Positions 1-12,234 of a stretch of 64,000 nucleotides of DNA are shown in pieces (position 1 is the first letter of the stretch; every line of letters starts with the position of its first letter). This DNA is from an uncultured Phycisphaerales bacterium (GTDB taxonomy: Bacteria > Planctomycetota > Phycisphaerae > Tepidisphaerales > Tepidisphaeraceae), in contig CAVWLP010000002.1 in assembly GCA_963755915.1 (NCBI GenBank), positions 3,616,001-3,680,000 on the forward strand, read 5' to 3'. The notes below the pieces were generated by a model. It was not told where the DNA came from, ran no database searches, and saw only the letters and a program-made list of their open reading frames with translations. The translations under genes and the position numbers were made by a program.

Positions 1-2
1 CC

Positions 3-632
3 ATTGCCCGGACCCTGGTGAAAAAGCTGGCCGTGTGCGATCTGCGCGTGAAGGTATACGATCCGTTCCTCACCGAAGCCGAGGCGGCGGTTCTGGGCGT
101 ACAGCGCATGGCGCTCGATGAGATTTTCCGTACGTGCGATGTCGTGTCGCTGCACGCGCCCTTCTTCGAAGAGACGCAAGGCATGATCGGGCGCGAGCAT
201 TTCGGGCTGATGAAGGAGGGGGCCACGTTCATCAACACGGCCCGCGCGGAAGTGGTTCGGCAGGACGAAATGCTCGAGGTGGCACGCAAGCGTGCGGATC
301 TACAATTTATACTCGACGTATTTGAGCCCGAGCCGCCGCCGGTGGATTCGCCGGTTTTTTCTTTGCCGAATATCTTGCTGACGCCGCACATTGCCGGATC
401 GGTGGGGAAGGAATGCAGCCGGATGGGGCAATTCATGGTGGAAGAGCTGGAGAGATATGTGCGCGGCGAGCCGCTGATTTGGGAGGTAACGCCCGAACTG
501 GCGGCGAATTCGACGCACCGGCTGGTGAAGCACCCGCCGCGCAAGGCTCCGTCGGTGGCAGTGGCGATATCGAAATTGCGGCGTGCGCCGGCGGGGGCGA
601 TGGATGGGGCCGTGCAGGTTCCCGTGGATTGA
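3..632 (+). CDS. D-isomer-specific 2-hydroxyacid dehydrogenase, NAD-binding (5' end outside window)
   Basis: Motifs VYDPF, DVVSLHAP, FINTARAEVV, LDVFEPEP and TPHIAG; the frame is open back to the window start. Confidence 0.9.
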   Translation: MARTLVKKLAVCDLRVKVYDPFLTEAEAAVLGVQRMALDEIFRTCDVVSLHAPFFEETQGMIGREHFGLMKEGATFINTARAEVVRQDEMLEVARKRADLQFILDVFEPEPPPVDSPVFSLPNILLTPHIAGSVGKECSRMGQFMVEELERYVRGEPLIWEVTPELAANSTHRLVKHPPRKAPSVAVAISKLRRAPAGAMDGAVQVPVD

Positions 633-671
633 CTACTGCCCCATCCTGCGGATGCGTAAGATTGTTGGAAC

Positions 672-1160
672 ATGAGGGTTTCGATTATCAAGCGGCTGGT
701 CATTCTGACGATCGCACTGATCGCGTCGCGCGGCTCTCGCGCAATCTCCGCCGTTTATCGACGTCCTCAGTTTCGGGGACGGCGCTTCGGAACAGCAGTA
801 CCGCGTGATTTCCATAGACAGCGAAGTGACCTTCGGCGCGCTCGATCAACATGCCCGGCGGCTCCACCCTTCCGCTTCCGGCGGATGGGAAGCGGGCCGG
901 ATCGCCTTTGTGATGAAAGTCGATCCCGCAAGGCAGGCATATCTCACAGCCCGCTTCTGGGGCGATGAAATTAATACCAACTATCTAATTCTTTTCTGCG
1001 ACGAGCAGGTCGGTTATCGCCACCTGGGGGATGCGGATGTGCTGGGCGTTCCGGACGATTAGCCGCGAAATAACGGCCGGTTTTATTGTGACGACTCCGC
1101 TGCCGATTGCGATGACGCAGGGGAAGAGCTCGCTAGCGATGGGAGTTCGCCTTCGACTCA
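672..1160 (+). pseudogene. Remnant of a secreted hypothetical protein
   Basis: Signal-peptide-like start, a frameshift near 735, an in-frame TAG at 1060-1062 and a further shift near 1085. Protein-like sequence (MKVDP..YLTARFWGD..QVGYRHLGD..TTPLP) ends abruptly at the convergent gene. Confidence 0.5.
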
Positions 1161-1162
1161 AG

Positions 1163-2824
1163 TCACGGCGACTTCGTGATGGCGAAAGTCACTTGCTCCA
1201 GCGGCGCCGTCTGCACTTTTGGTTCGATTTTTCGTCCCCATTGCCAGGCAACAACCGTCACGTAGACGGGGAATCTTGCCCTCGGCGGAATGGGCAAAAG
1301 AGTAAGGGTGCTGCCTTCCACTTCAGCAGGCCCTTCGCGAACAAAGTAGTGCACAGGCAAGTGTGCGTCTGAACTGGCCTTTAGCGCAACGGTTCCTGTT
1401 CCCAGCGGTTGATCTGGAATCCCTGGAAACGTGATTTTCTGCGGTTGACCGTCTCGGTTGGCAACAAGACGAAGCAGCGCCTGCTGCACGGCGCTTTTAT
1501 ATTCGTCGTCACCGGGGTGGCTGGCGAGAATCCACATGTCGTTGTTGCGACGATCTACGGTGCAAAATGTTCGATTGAGCTGAACCTGAAATGTGTCGTC
1601 GGAAAGTTTCAGAAACGGGCCGACAATACGTGAAAGCACAATGAGCCCGCCGCCACTGGCATGTCCGAGCGGGGAGCCGTTCGGCAAACCCGCCCATCGC
1701 GATGGGTTGGTGCCGGCGCCTTCGACGTCGCTAAGGAATTGGGCGTGGAGATGAAAAGTAATCCCGTCGCTGTCAAACTCGCACGCGGGTAAACAAGGCT
1801 CGCCAGCGTAAGTTTTACCCCCTTGAATGAAGCCGATGAGTTGCGGCTTCTTCCCACGTGCGCGCTGATAGTATTGCTCGGTGGCGGTGGCCATCTCTTC
1901 GTCGAAGCACCAGAACGCCTGGCTGCGATCGCCGCGGTATTGGCAGTACGGCGCGGCCGGGGCTGTGGGAAGAGCGTCCTTGTGCCAGCGGTCGATCAGC
2001 CAGCCTTGCGTGGGATCGACGGTTCTGAGGATCGGCGGTTGACCCAGGTTAGAGGCAGCCGGCAGCCGCCCCCGCGGCTTTGCGAATGAACATGCACAGG
2101 AAAGAGATCAGATCGTCGGAGTAATCGAAATGTCCATGCCCGGCGTCAGCCAGGAATGTGATGGGCGCGGCCGGATGGCTGGCTTCAAAAGCCAGCGCCG
2201 GCGCCAATCGCTCTTCACCCCATTCATATTCGCCCATCACCATCAGTCCAGGCACACCGTCAATGTTCCGATCTCCCCACGGAATGTTGGGCCGGCCGTA
2301 GCCGGTATGATTGGTCTGGGGAGCATCGCCGTGTACCGAAATAATTGCCAGGGTTCGTGCGGGACTCCAGGCGGCGCAGTTCCACGGGAAAGTCGCCGAC
2401 GCGCTGTGGCCCAAGGGGATCAGAGGCGCAATTTTCAGTTCCTCGTAGCCGGATTGATTGGCGAGCACCCGAGCACTCTCTGAAGATGCTCGCCGGCACC
2501 GGCGCGAAAGTCGAAAGACTGCTCCAGCACGGGCACACACCAGACCTCGGCAAAGTCCAGAGCAGCCAGCGTCTGGCGCATTCGGGCGTGCTCGAGAATT
2601 CCCTGCTCAATCATGTTGTGATTGGCAATGACAATCGCCCGAACCCGCTGACAATTTGGCGGAATCCAGAGATAATCGCGCGCATTTCCGTCCGGCGTTG
2701 ACCATTGCCATTCGTTTGCCGTGCAGGAACCGGCCGCGCCCAGCAGGCAGATGATGGCGCTCAGCACGTGAACGTGTGGGTATGCCGACGCCATTTTCGC
2801 GGGTGGTTCGCGGCGGGTTTTCAT
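1163..2824 (-). CDS. Secreted alpha/beta-hydrolase-like protein (split by at least 2 indels)
   Basis: ORFs 2435-2824, 2049-2540 and 1163-1894 join into one protein with a signal peptide, YLWIPPNC, a nucleophile-elbow-like LGHSAS and GHGHFD. Its start overlaps the upstream stop (ATGA). Confidence 0.6.
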
Positions 2825-4864
2825 TTTGATGTGACCGACACGTGGTCGAACATCATGCTGATCGTACCGGGGCTGTCGGACGCGATGGCAAAGCCGCAGA
2901 AAAAATCGCGGGGCATCGGAACGATGCGGGATCCGACCTCGTACCAGTGCTGGCCATCATCCGATTGATACGCGGTAAACGTCTCCCGCGCGAGTCAATC
3001 GAAACCAAGTCGGCGCCTGGCCCAGCCCGGTATAGGCATTTCCCGGCACGAACGTCATGGCGCCGCCGCTATTATTGCGCGTGCCGAACCGCACTTCGCG
3101 GTAACCGAGATCGCCCAGCACCAGCGCCACCGCGGGCGCGTCCGGTTCCAGAGACGCTCGCATCGTAATTCCGACACGGGAGTTGTCGCCATGATTGCGA
3201 AGATCGCCGTCAATGAGCCGCGCGGTGAAAACGGCGTCGCCATTGACGGCAATGTTGGTGAAACCGATTCCGTCGCGAAAATCGCCGATGTTCGACCCCG
3301 CGCCTTTAACGATAAATGTGCCATCGGCGACGGAGGCGTATTCGGCGGATCCGGGCCTGCGCACTCTTCCAATGTCGCTTTGGGACCAGCCATCGGGCAA
3401 TCGCGCGGTTGCCGCGACGGGCGTTGCGCTTGTTTCCGCGGAATCCGGGCTGGTTCCAGCCTGGTTTTCGGCGGCGATCACGTAATAGTAGGCGGTGCCG
3501 TTGGCGACGGTCGTGTCGCAATATTCGGGGATGACGCCGCGATATTTCGCAACTTCAGTGTATGGCCCGCGGGCCGCCGTTGCGCGTCGAACAGTGAATC
3601 CGTTGGCCGTGCCGGGCGGCAACCACCGGAGGTAAACTCGGCCCACGCCCGCGGTCGCGACAACGCCGGTGGGCGGGGAAGGTATCGGCAGCGGTGGAAA
3701 CCGCGAGCGATCGAGCGTGTACATGAGCGTGCCATACCCAAAGTGATCGTCGTGCGTATATCCTTCGGGCCGATTCAGGGCTGCAATCGCCGTTAAATTT
3801 GGCGCGCTGAGCCCCCGACGAACGACATATTCATTGTAAAGCTGCTCCCAAATCGGCCGCTGTAGCCGGCCCCGTCCGGAGCGAGAAGCCCAGTACTGAT
3901 TCACGGTGTCGCAATTGTTGTAAAACATGTAGGGCACCGGCTGCCACAGCGCATATCTGGCCGTGTACTCGGCGCCAGCGAGCAGGCGGTTGTTATCGTA
4001 GCCATATAGATCCACCCCCTGGTTCTGTGCGATTTCGCAAAACGAGGCGAGCAAGCCGATACCCAGTTCCGCGTGTTCCTGGTCGCGGCCGGTCTCCTGC
4101 CATTGCCCGAGATTGCCGGGATGAAGGACATACACGGCGTTTTCGATGCTGCCATTTCCCTTGCCGTGTTTGAAATACTCAACCGCTTCGTCAAACAGCG
4201 CCCGGTCGTCGCATAGCACTCCGGTTGCGCCGATCGCGGTGGTGCAGCAGGCATCCCAGTTCGCCCAGAAGTGCGAGATGCATGAGCCATCATGATGAAT
4301 GAGGAAATCATGGCAGGGCGGATAGAGGTAGGTCCGCATCATTCTTTTGAACCGATCGAAGTCGGCCGGCGCCCATCGCGTGCCGACGTAGATGCGCAGA
4401 ACCTCACCGACGACCGCGAACTCGTAGGTATAGATGCCATTGAGCCCGGGTTGATCGACGCCCCTTGGCGTCTGGTCAACCGCCGCCGACCAGAGGTTGC
4501 AGATACGGATGGCATGGTCGGTGTAGGCCGGATCACCAGAGATGTAGCCGCGCATGGCGTTAAGATATGCCGCAACGGCGTCGGCGGAAACGCGCTGGCG
4601 CGAGACGCCCATGTTCGGATTCGGGGCGGGTTTATAAGTAAGCTGCGCCTTTGGATCGTTTATCAGCGCGTTCCAACTGTCGATCCACGGATGGTCGCCG
4701 GCGGCAACGTGTAGGCGCATGCGGTCAAGATCGGCCTGCGAGTGAAGCCCCCCCGGATGAACGAAAGTCCGGACCTGGTCATCCGCCCCTTTTGTGAGCT
4801 CGTTCGGCGCAAGTACGATCAGCACACAAAGCGCCAGCGCCAAAGTAACCTGTTTTTTCTGCAT
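2821..4864 (-). CDS. Alginate-lyase-family (alpha/alpha-toroid polysaccharide lyase) protein with Fn3 and C-terminal beta-sandwich domains; indel near 2980
   Basis: Signal peptide, FVHPGGLHSQADLDRMR, WANWD, GQWQETGRDQEH and an Fn3 region (PTGVVATAG..YYYVIAAEN). An alternate frame continues FTAYQSDDGQHW..FDHVSVTSK to a stop at 2821. Confidence 0.8.
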
Positions 4865-5270
4865 ACAATTTTGAAGAGAACTCTATTGCCGCTGATCCGG
4901 CGGCAACTAACCTACATCAGCCCGGTCGGTTGCATAGTGATCTTTTCACCATATCGATGCGATTCGAGGGACATTTTGCGCCACACAAATTTCTCCGCCG
5001 CCTCTGCATCACCGCGCCCACTGCAGCCATCGCAACCAAACCGCCAGTGAGCGGCGGCTTGGCCTCTGGTCACGTGGATCGGCACATCCCGAACACAGCC
5101 AATTCTGACCCATGTATTGGCATGCGGCTTGGCCACGAGTTAGTAAAGAAGCATATGGGATCTCCCGAAAACTCAGCGGATGTTCGGGGAGCTGGTTTCG
5201 CGCGATGCCGCGCCTGCGGGACCGCCTGCTGTCAGCGTATCTAATAACCGGGAGCCGCGTTTTCATACCT

Positions 5271-6338
5271 TTATTCTGATTTGGGGTTTCGGATTTCCGC
5301 AGTAGAGCGCCTTACTACCAGCTCCACCGCCAGCTCGTGTCCCTTGGCCTTTCCCTTGATCTTGCCGCTGGACCTCCCCAGGACGATCTCCGCGGCGCGC
5401 TTTCCGATCTCGTAGGCGGGCTGATGCACCGTCGTCAACGGTGGGGTCATCTCCTCGGCAAAATCCTCATCCGAAAATCCGACGACCGACAAATCCTCGG
5501 GAATGTTCAAGCCTCTTTCCGTCGCCGCCTGGTAGACGACCTTGGCATAGAGATCGCTCGCCGCGAAAATGGCGGTCGGGCGATCCGCGGTGCTGAGCAT
5601 CTGTCGCGCCTGCTGGATTCCCAGCTTGGGAAGGCCCGGAGGTGCTTCGAGGACGGTGAGGCAGGTTCCCTTCATTTTTTGCAACGCGTCCTCAAACGCC
5701 TTTCGCCGATCCCGCGCCCAGGTTGTGTCGCCGGGCGCCGCGAGATATCCGATGCGCCGGTGGCCGAGCCCATACAAATGCTCGGCCACCATCCGTCCCC
5801 CAGATGCCTCGTCGCTACCCACAAAATCGGCGTTGAAGCGCTCGGGCAGCCTGTGATCGATAGTCACCACCGGCAAATTGCGCGAGGAAAACTCGTGCAG
5901 ATGCTCCTGGTAAAGCCGTGCGAACGGCGGCCAGAGGATCACGCCATCCACGCGCCGATCCACGAGCTGATGAATCTGCGCGAGCCCTTCGCCCGGCCCA
6001 AAGCGATTTCGCGGCTGCGCGCCCCAGTGTGCAGCCCAAAGCGTGATCGGAACGCAACCCTTCTCGGTTAGAACATCGTGGACGCCGCACAAGACTTCCG
6101 CCCAATAAAACTGGAACGGGTGCATAAGCACGCCCACAGTGCCGGTCTTTCCAGTCTGAATCCCCCGCACCAGAAGATTGGGGCGATACCCGAGCTTTTC
6201 CGCCACCGCGAGGACGCGCCGCGTCGTCTCCTCGGAGCTGACCTTGCTGCCGGCGAGGACCAGGGAGACCGTGGATTGGGAAACTCCGGCCTCCCGGGCA
6301 ACACGTTTCTGGCTCGCCAGCGATTGCGAACGCTTCAT
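5271..6338 (-). CDS. LacI-family transcriptional regulator
   Basis: N-terminal HTH (VAREAGVSQSTVSLVL), LGHRRIG, PEDLSVVGF, PPLTTVHQP, LVVRRST. Confidence 0.95.
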   Translation of the reverse strand: MKRSQSLASQKRVAREAGVSQSTVSLVLAGSKVSSEETTRRVLAVAEKLGYRPNLLVRGIQTGKTGTVGVLMHPFQFYWAEVLCGVHDVLTEKGCVPITLWAAHWGAQPRNRFGPGEGLAQIHQLVDRRVDGVILWPPFARLYQEHLHEFSSRNLPVVTIDHRLPERFNADFVGSDEASGGRMVAEHLYGLGHRRIGYLAAPGDTTWARDRRKAFEDALQKMKGTCLTVLEAPPGLPKLGIQQARQMLSTADRPTAIFAASDLYAKVVYQAATERGLNIPEDLSVVGFSDEDFAEEMTPPLTTVHQPAYEIGKRAAEIVLGRSSGKIKGKAKGHELAVELVVRRSTAEIRNPKSE

Positions 6339-6614
6339 ATGCCGTTATCCATTCTTTGCCTGCATTGACCGCTTATTTAACGATGGGATCACCGGCAATC
6401 TCTTCGCCGCTGCGCATAAAGTACTTATTTTCAATGCCTTACAAACGCAGGGTGCGCCATTAATAGTTATTAGTATCGCTATTCAGCCGCGGCGGTCCAG
6501 TGATATGTATGACGTGTTCCAAACCGGAAAATTTCGCGGCAGCACGGCGGGGGGATCTCATGACCGTCAACGGCGGGTCTCGAAGAGCGCGGCACAGAGG
6601 TGAGGCAGTAGGCG

Positions 6615-7160
6615 CTACTTCTTGTTGTGCCTGCCGTCCATCGAGGCGTTGAATTGCTTTGAGCCGCCGCGGGGAATTGTCAGGACGGTCCATTTGTCCT
6701 TCGCCACGTATCGCGAAAGCTGGACGATCTGGCCGGTGTGATAGGCGTGGTGCGAGAGCTGTCGAAGCAGCGCATCGATGACGGTGTGGGTTTCGCCGCG
6801 GATGGTGATCGTCTTGTCGAGGTCTTTGTCGGTGAGCGGGGCTAAGGCGTCGAAGAGGGATTGCCAGGCGGCTTCCCAATAGTTGAGGATCGCTGCGCGC
6901 GGGATGTGATCGTCAACGAATTCTGAATCGCGGTCACGGTTTGGTTTTTCGCCGTCGGTGCTCAGAAAGTCGGTGAAGCGCGATATAAGGTTGCCGCTCA
7001 TGTGCTTCATGATGACGGCGACACTGTTGGTGTTCTCGTCCAAAGCCTGGTGGAGCTGGGCGTCGGAGATCTGGACGACGGCTTTCTCTGCCATGTCTTT
7101 GTAGGCGGCGAAACGTTTGATCAGGGCATCGATCGTGAGCTTTGGATTGGAAGGCGGCAT
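6615..7160 (-). CDS. DUF1572 / DinB-superfamily protein
   Basis: NSVAVIMKHMSGNLISRFTDFLSTDGEKPNRDRDSEF and QLSHHAYHTGQIV. Confidence 0.9.
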   Translation of the reverse strand: MPPSNPKLTIDALIKRFAAYKDMAEKAVVQISDAQLHQALDENTNSVAVIMKHMSGNLISRFTDFLSTDGEKPNRDRDSEFVDDHIPRAAILNYWEAAWQSLFDALAPLTDKDLDKTITIRGETHTVIDALLRQLSHHAYHTGQIVQLSRYVAKDKWTVLTIPRGGSKQFNASMDGRHNKK

Positions 7161-7205
7161 GATTGTCTCTAGGTCACGATTTTACGGCGACGGCGACTTG
7201 AAAAG

Positions 7206-9229
7206 CTACCGACTAGGGAGATCGGTGAGTGTCTGCGTAACCCGCTGGGTCGTAAGGGTCACATACGACAAAGCGGGGAGCGTGATTTGGGCCGTGCCGT
7301 TTTCGGGGCGCACGGGATCGGACGGGGAGAAGCTGTGCTCATCGTTGGTCATGAAGGTTTGAAGGGAGGCGATTGACGTGGGAATGCCGGTGATGGTGAT
7401 CTGGCGCGTGGCAGACAAATTGGCGAGATGGATGCAGAGCGCAGGGGTGTTGGGGTCGTATAGCGCCGCGGCGTGAACGGCGGGAGTATCAACTGCGATG
7501 GGCAGTTCGCAAGCGCCGAACGGCGTCGTGGACGCCAATTGCTTGAGGCACCAGAACCGCATCGTCGGACGCGGCTGCGGACCATGGAAATCGACCATGC
7601 CGTAATCCTGGGTCATCTCCCAGGGGAGAACCGAAAGTGGCTGAGAATATCTGAGGACATCGAGATACATCCCGGCTTCGTCAATGGCGTACCAGGGATA
7701 GGACCAGACGTGGGTGTAGTGATACGAATCCGAATCGGTGCCGCCTTCGGCGACAATGAGCGGCAGATTCAATCGGTGGGCGGCGTCGTGCCAGGCGGTG
7801 AGCTGTTCGGGAATCGCGCCGTTCCACGAATGGAAGGAAATTGCGCCCACGTACTGCATCGCCTGAGGATCGAGCGATGCCGGTGTGATGAAATCGGCGG
7901 GCTTGGGGCTGGAAACATCACCCAGAAGCAATTTGGTCGTGATTCCGTGCGCGACGAAGCAGGCGCCGACGCGCTTGATGGCATCGCGATACTCCTGTAG
8001 CGTGAAATGGATGGTGACGCCCAAGTCAGATTCGTTGAACGAGAAGAATTTGGGCTCGACGCCATATTTCTGACGGGCGTAGAGGAGATAGGAGGCGATG
8101 GCGTTGCAAAATGGGTCCCATTTTGCGGGATTAATGACGCGGCCGTGAGCATAGAGATCGTTGTCGGCGATTGGCATCAGCGCCCACTGGGGGCGCGCCA
8201 GAGCGTGAAAATCAGGGAAATGTGCCGCTGGCTGAGGACGCGCGCCAGCTCCAGCGATTGGCGGATGTCGGAGCCGGGCTGGTCGTTTTGGGCGAGGCCG
8301 GCGAAGTTGGGGGCGGCGGGGTCGGAATCGGATAATTCGTCCGGCTCCCAGATTGGCAGTGGGACCGCCATCCGCGCCCAGATGACGGGAATGTTCTTCA
8401 GATCGTAGGCGACCTCGGGCGAATCGAGGAAAAAGACGAAGTTTCCTCCGAGGCCGGCGAGCGGGGCGCCGATTTTTGTGGGGTTGATCGCCAGGTGGAC
8501 CGGCTGGTGATCGATTTTGCCCGACGACGTGAGCATAAAACTGGCGTCGATTTTTTCATTTGCGGCGATATCGCCCCGACGAATCGTTACGCGAAGCATC
8601 ACGCTGTCGCCCTTGGGATCGTGATGGTCGTGGATTGAGATGTGCCGGGGGGAATCAAATTCGACGGTAAGGGCGGCGTGGCTGGTCTGGAGATTGGCGC
8701 CGGTGGCGTCGCCGTCGAGATAGAGGCGGTCGGTCGCGGGCTGGGTCGTGGAGATCGCGCTGGTTTGCGTTGTGGGGGTGGTCAAGCCGAGCAGGTTGGC
8801 TGAAGCCCCGGCGAAATCCGAGAGGGGCACGGCCACGCAGAAATCGATCTCGTCGAGCTTCATATCCTGCTCGGCGACCACCTGCACGCCGATTCTGACG
8901 CGGTTGGGTCCGAGAGGCGTGATCGTGGTTTGGTAATTGACGGGCTGGTGGAGTTGCCGGAACGCGAATTGGCCCGTGAAGATCTCCTCGTTGCCGTCCT
9001 CGATAAATTTCAGATCTCGCTCCTGCCAGTGGCCGGTGGAAGCGTCGCGCTTTCCGTCAGCGGCGACGACGCGGATGCTTGTGACCACGGGGAATAGCTG
9101 GCCGTCGATGCGGAAGCCGCGCAGATCGCCCCAGCCTTCAACTTCGACGGCAGCACCGGCGAAGCGAGCGATGGCGGCAATAGAACAGAAACCCACTAGC
9201 AGCTGGAAAAATCGGTGTGATTTCTTCAA
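7206..9229 (-). CDS. Secreted clan GH-A glycoside hydrolase (GH30-like); 1-nt indel near 8190
   Basis: ORFs 8177-9229 (signal peptide) and 7206-8177 join at a G/C run. FSFNES acid/base motif, SFHSW, IVAEGG and a C-terminal beta-sandwich ending LPALSYVTL. Confidence 0.6.
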
Positions 9230-9714
9230 GGGATTACCGGTGTAGGCGGGTCAGGCCCCGGCGGCTGCAGGTTCAAACTTTTGAGGTCATAGCCGGGCAA
9301 CCATTTTTGAGTCGGCCCGGGGAGGCTGACCTCGGTGCCGGCCGGACCAATGGACATCATAACGACGGCGAGTTTTTCAGGGTGAGTCGGGTCGGCGCTG
9401 TAGGCATCTTCCAGCCTCTTTTTCGCCTGAGGGGTAAAGCGCGACAAATATGCGATGTATTTGCGACCGTCTTCCGAATAGACGGAGGCCATCATAGCTG
9501 TTCTACCGTCGTGATCCCAGGGTGCGAATTTGTAGGCGCTATCTTCGAAATATGTTTGACCGCCGTCGTCTGAGTAATAGGCCATGTTGAGATCGTGCCT
9601 GGGTATGCCGGGCTTATAAGAGACGACGGCGATCGCGGCTGCGGCCAACAAGAGAACTGCGGCCAATATTGGGCCAATCTTACGATCCTGCATTAGTTCG
9701 CGAACGCTGCTCAT
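9226..9714 (-). CDS. Small membrane-anchored hypothetical protein of the type found next to DUF1559 genes
   Basis: N-terminal TM segment (ILAAVLLLAAAAIAVV) followed by AYYSDDGGQTYF..APWDHDG..AYLSRFT. Start chosen at MSSVRELM; the stop overlaps the next start. Confidence 0.7.
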   Translation of the reverse strand: MSSVRELMQDRKIGPILAAVLLLAAAAIAVVSYKPGIPRHDLNMAYYSDDGGQTYFEDSAYKFAPWDHDGRTAMMASVYSEDGRKYIAYLSRFTPQAKKRLEDAYSADPTHPEKLAVVMMSIGPAGTEVSLPGPTQKWLPGYDLKSLNLQPPGPDPPTPVIP

Positions 9715-9760
9715 GGAAAAAAGGGCGATGGTCGATACACCACCGGCTTCCGCAAGCTCC

Positions 9761-10855
9761 TTATTGCCCCGGCTGGCCGGCGGCTGGCGTGGTGTAGTTA
9801 ACACAAATTTCTCGGGCGATGACCTGCCCAAGCTTGCGGGATTCCACATGACCATCGACAAAGAGGAGATTTGTGGTGGTATTGTTCATATGTCGAAATC
9901 GCATATTTGCGGCGGGGTTGTAATCGATGCCGCTCCAGGAGAACCAATTGTCGAGATTTTGAACCGCCTCCGACTTCGCCGTGGCTCCTCCAGTGCTCGA
10001 AGTGAAATTAAATTCGTACAGGCTGTTGTTATTCAGTCCGATCGCACAGGCGTAGCCGCCTTTAACGTGGTTTACGGGGTATCCGGAGTCCCCGGGAGTC
10101 GGATAGCACAGAAAATTAGCTCCGGTGCCGGTGCCACCGGTATCCAGGCTGGATTGCTCGATTTTGGTCGCGTTTGGTCCGTCGGGCCATTGGTACTCGG
10201 CGGTTATCCCGCCCGGAGCTGCGAAGAGATTTTGGCAGCCATCCCAAACCATGGCGGTGTCGCTGGATTGCTTGATCGACCCGACTTGGCGAAGGGGTAG
10301 ATAAACCCCGCCGTTGATATTGATCGCGTAATCAAAATATTCATTATTGGCGAGGATTCTCGGCTGCGCATAATAATCCGACACGCGCGTCCCATAGAGG
10401 ACTTCATTGGTATCGTAGTCGTGAAATACGGGATTAAAGTCTATGGCCATATTCTGCTCGAATTGAACCTGGTCTCCCATTCCGTAAGGGTCCCATGGGG
10501 GCGTTCCTCCATCGCCGGGGGCTTTGGTGTTGGTAAGCCGGGTTAGCGTATCGGGCCAATCCCAAAACGAGTAACTGAAACCTTCGTCAAAGTATCCCGC
10601 GCCGCCCGCGCTTCCGCCGTAGGCAGTTCCGCCCGTGACGGCATGGCCATAGGGGACGTATCCGTGATTTTCGGATTCGTAGATAGCGATCATGTCGCCG
10701 ATTTGGCGCAGATTCAAGGCGCAGGCGACGAGACTCGCCTGCTCTCGAGCGCGGTTAAGGGCGGGCAACAAGATCGAGATAAGCAGTGCGATGATCCCGA
10801 TGACAACCAGAAGCTCCACAAGCGTGAATCCCTGGTGGATGGACTTCCTCGTCAT
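9761..10855 (-). CDS. DUF1559-type prepilin N-terminal cleavage/methylation protein with H-X9-DG C-terminal motif
   Basis: [39 protein letters not shown] and [20 protein letters not shown]. Confidence 0.92.
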   Translation of the reverse strand: MTRKSIHQGFTLVELLVVIGIIALLISILLPALNRAREQASLVACALNLRQIGDMIAIYESENHGYVPYGHAVTGGTAYGGSAGGAGYFDEGFSYSFWDWPDTLTRLTNTKAPGDGGTPPWDPYGMGDQVQFEQNMAIDFNPVFHDYDTNEVLYGTRVSDYYAQPRILANNEYFDYAININGGVYLPLRQVGSIKQSSDTAMVWDGCQNLFAAPGGITAEYQWPDGPNATKIEQSSLDTGGTGTGANFLCYPTPGDSGYPVNHVKGGYACAIGLNNNSLYEFNFTSSTGGATAKSEAVQNLDNWFSWSGIDYNPAANMRFRHMNNTTTNLLFVDGHVESRKLGQVIAREICVNYTTPAAGQPGQ

Positions 10856-10894
10856 GCTCGACTCCTCTCGATGTGGCGTACCAATTTTCAGCTA

Positions 10895-10922
10895 ATAATA
10901 TATATGAAATCGCTTTTGTCAA
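10895..10922 (-). promoter_or_regulatory. Sigma70-like promoter (TTGACA-N16-TATTAT) overlapped by an operator-like motif at 10896-10910
   Basis: TGTCAA at 10917-10922 and ATAATA at 10895-10900 on the + strand; TAATATATATGAAAT at 10896-10910. Confidence 0.7.
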
Positions 10923-10985
10923 TACTTTTTACGTGAACTTAAAGGGTGATTGTGGTTGTTCGAAATTGCTCCGGCGGACTAGCCT

Positions 10986-11999
10986 TCAGGTTACTTGCGG
11001 TAGCTCGGGGCTCGAGTTGTCTTTCACAAAATCAATCACTTCATTGAGTTGTGCGAACGCCAGCCCCGTCACGGTGTCAGCGCATCCGTAATAAATCGCC
11101 ATCCGTCCGCTAGACGAATCGACCAGCGCAGCGCAGGGAAATACGACATTGGGCACATCGCCGACGCATTCATAGTCCTTCTGCGGGGACATCAAATACG
11201 GGGCGGCCCGCCGAATCACTTTCCAGGGTTTCTCCAAGTCCAGCAGACAAGCGGAGAAACTGTAGACAAAACCGTTGCAGCTTGTGAGGACGCCGTGGTA
11301 GATCAGGAGCCAGCCTTCGGTGGTTTCGATGGGGATGGGGCCCGCGCCGATTTTGGTTGATTCCCACGGTTGTTTGGGGCCCATCACGAAACGATGTTTG
11401 CCCCAGTAGGTAAGATCGGGGCTTTGGCTAAGGTACATATCTCCGAATGGCGTATGCCCGCGATCGCTGGGGCGGCTGAGCATCATAAAATTGCCGTTGA
11501 TTTTCCGCGGAAACATGACGCCGTTGCGATTGTAGGGAAGATAGGCGTTTTCGAGCTGATGGAAGGTTTGGAAATCGCGCGTCCATCCGATGCCGATGGT
11601 GGGCCCATGATAGCCGTTGCACCACGTGACATAGAATCGATCTTCGATCCAGCAGACGCGCGGATCGTAGCCATATTCCCAACGCCCGAGCTCGGGGTCG
11701 TCCGATTTAAAACGAATCGGTTCGGGGTTGATCTCCCATTTCATTCCGTCGCGGCTTTTGCCGACGTAAAGACCCATGCGGCGCTGTTTGTCGTCGCAGC
11801 GAAAAACACCAGCGAACCCGCCTTCGAACGGGACGGCGGCGCTGTTGAAGATGCTGTTGGACGTCTTGGTGAGATTGCGCGGGATGATGGGATTGCGGCT
11901 AAAGCGCCACACGACATCGGAGGAATCTGCTGGGCGCGGCTCCCAGGGAATGTTGGGCAACGGCTGTCCGCGAATCAGTCGATATTTTGATTCACCCAT
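10986..11999 (-). CDS. GH130 mannoside phosphorylase (beta-1,4-mannooligosaccharide phosphorylase-like)
   Basis: [77 protein letters not shown]. Confidence 0.93.
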   Translation of the reverse strand: MGESKYRLIRGQPLPNIPWEPRPADSSDVVWRFSRNPIIPRNLTKTSNSIFNSAAVPFEGGFAGVFRCDDKQRRMGLYVGKSRDGMKWEINPEPIRFKSDDPELGRWEYGYDPRVCWIEDRFYVTWCNGYHGPTIGIGWTRDFQTFHQLENAYLPYNRNGVMFPRKINGNFMMLSRPSDRGHTPFGDMYLSQSPDLTYWGKHRFVMGPKQPWESTKIGAGPIPIETTEGWLLIYHGVLTSCNGFVYSFSACLLDLEKPWKVIRRAAPYLMSPQKDYECVGDVPNVVFPCAALVDSSSGRMAIYYGCADTVTGLAFAQLNEVIDFVKDNSSPELPQVT

Positions 12000-12142
12000 A
12001 GCTTGAGCTTTCCAGAAATTCGGGGCGAGATCGCGTCCAAATTAACAACCGACAGATGTCGCCCGTGATGCGGCAGCAACAAACGGCTGCTGGTTTTACC
12101 TTTAACCCGGCGGGGCCAATTGCATTTTGCACCGGATTTCTT

Positions 12143-12186
12143 TTGACAGCCGCCGGAAACCATTTATACTCACTTCATATATATTA
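12143..12186 (+). promoter_or_regulatory. Sigma70-like promoter (TTGACA-N16-TATACT) followed by operator motif TTCATATATATTA
   Basis: TTGACA 12143-12148, TATACT 12165-12170, motif 12174-12186, and an AAGGAG RBS before ATG 12235. Confidence 0.75.
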
Positions 12187-12234
12187 TCAAGGTAATTCTG
12201 GCGGAACGAGTCACTTCACCGAAAGGAGCGGGAA

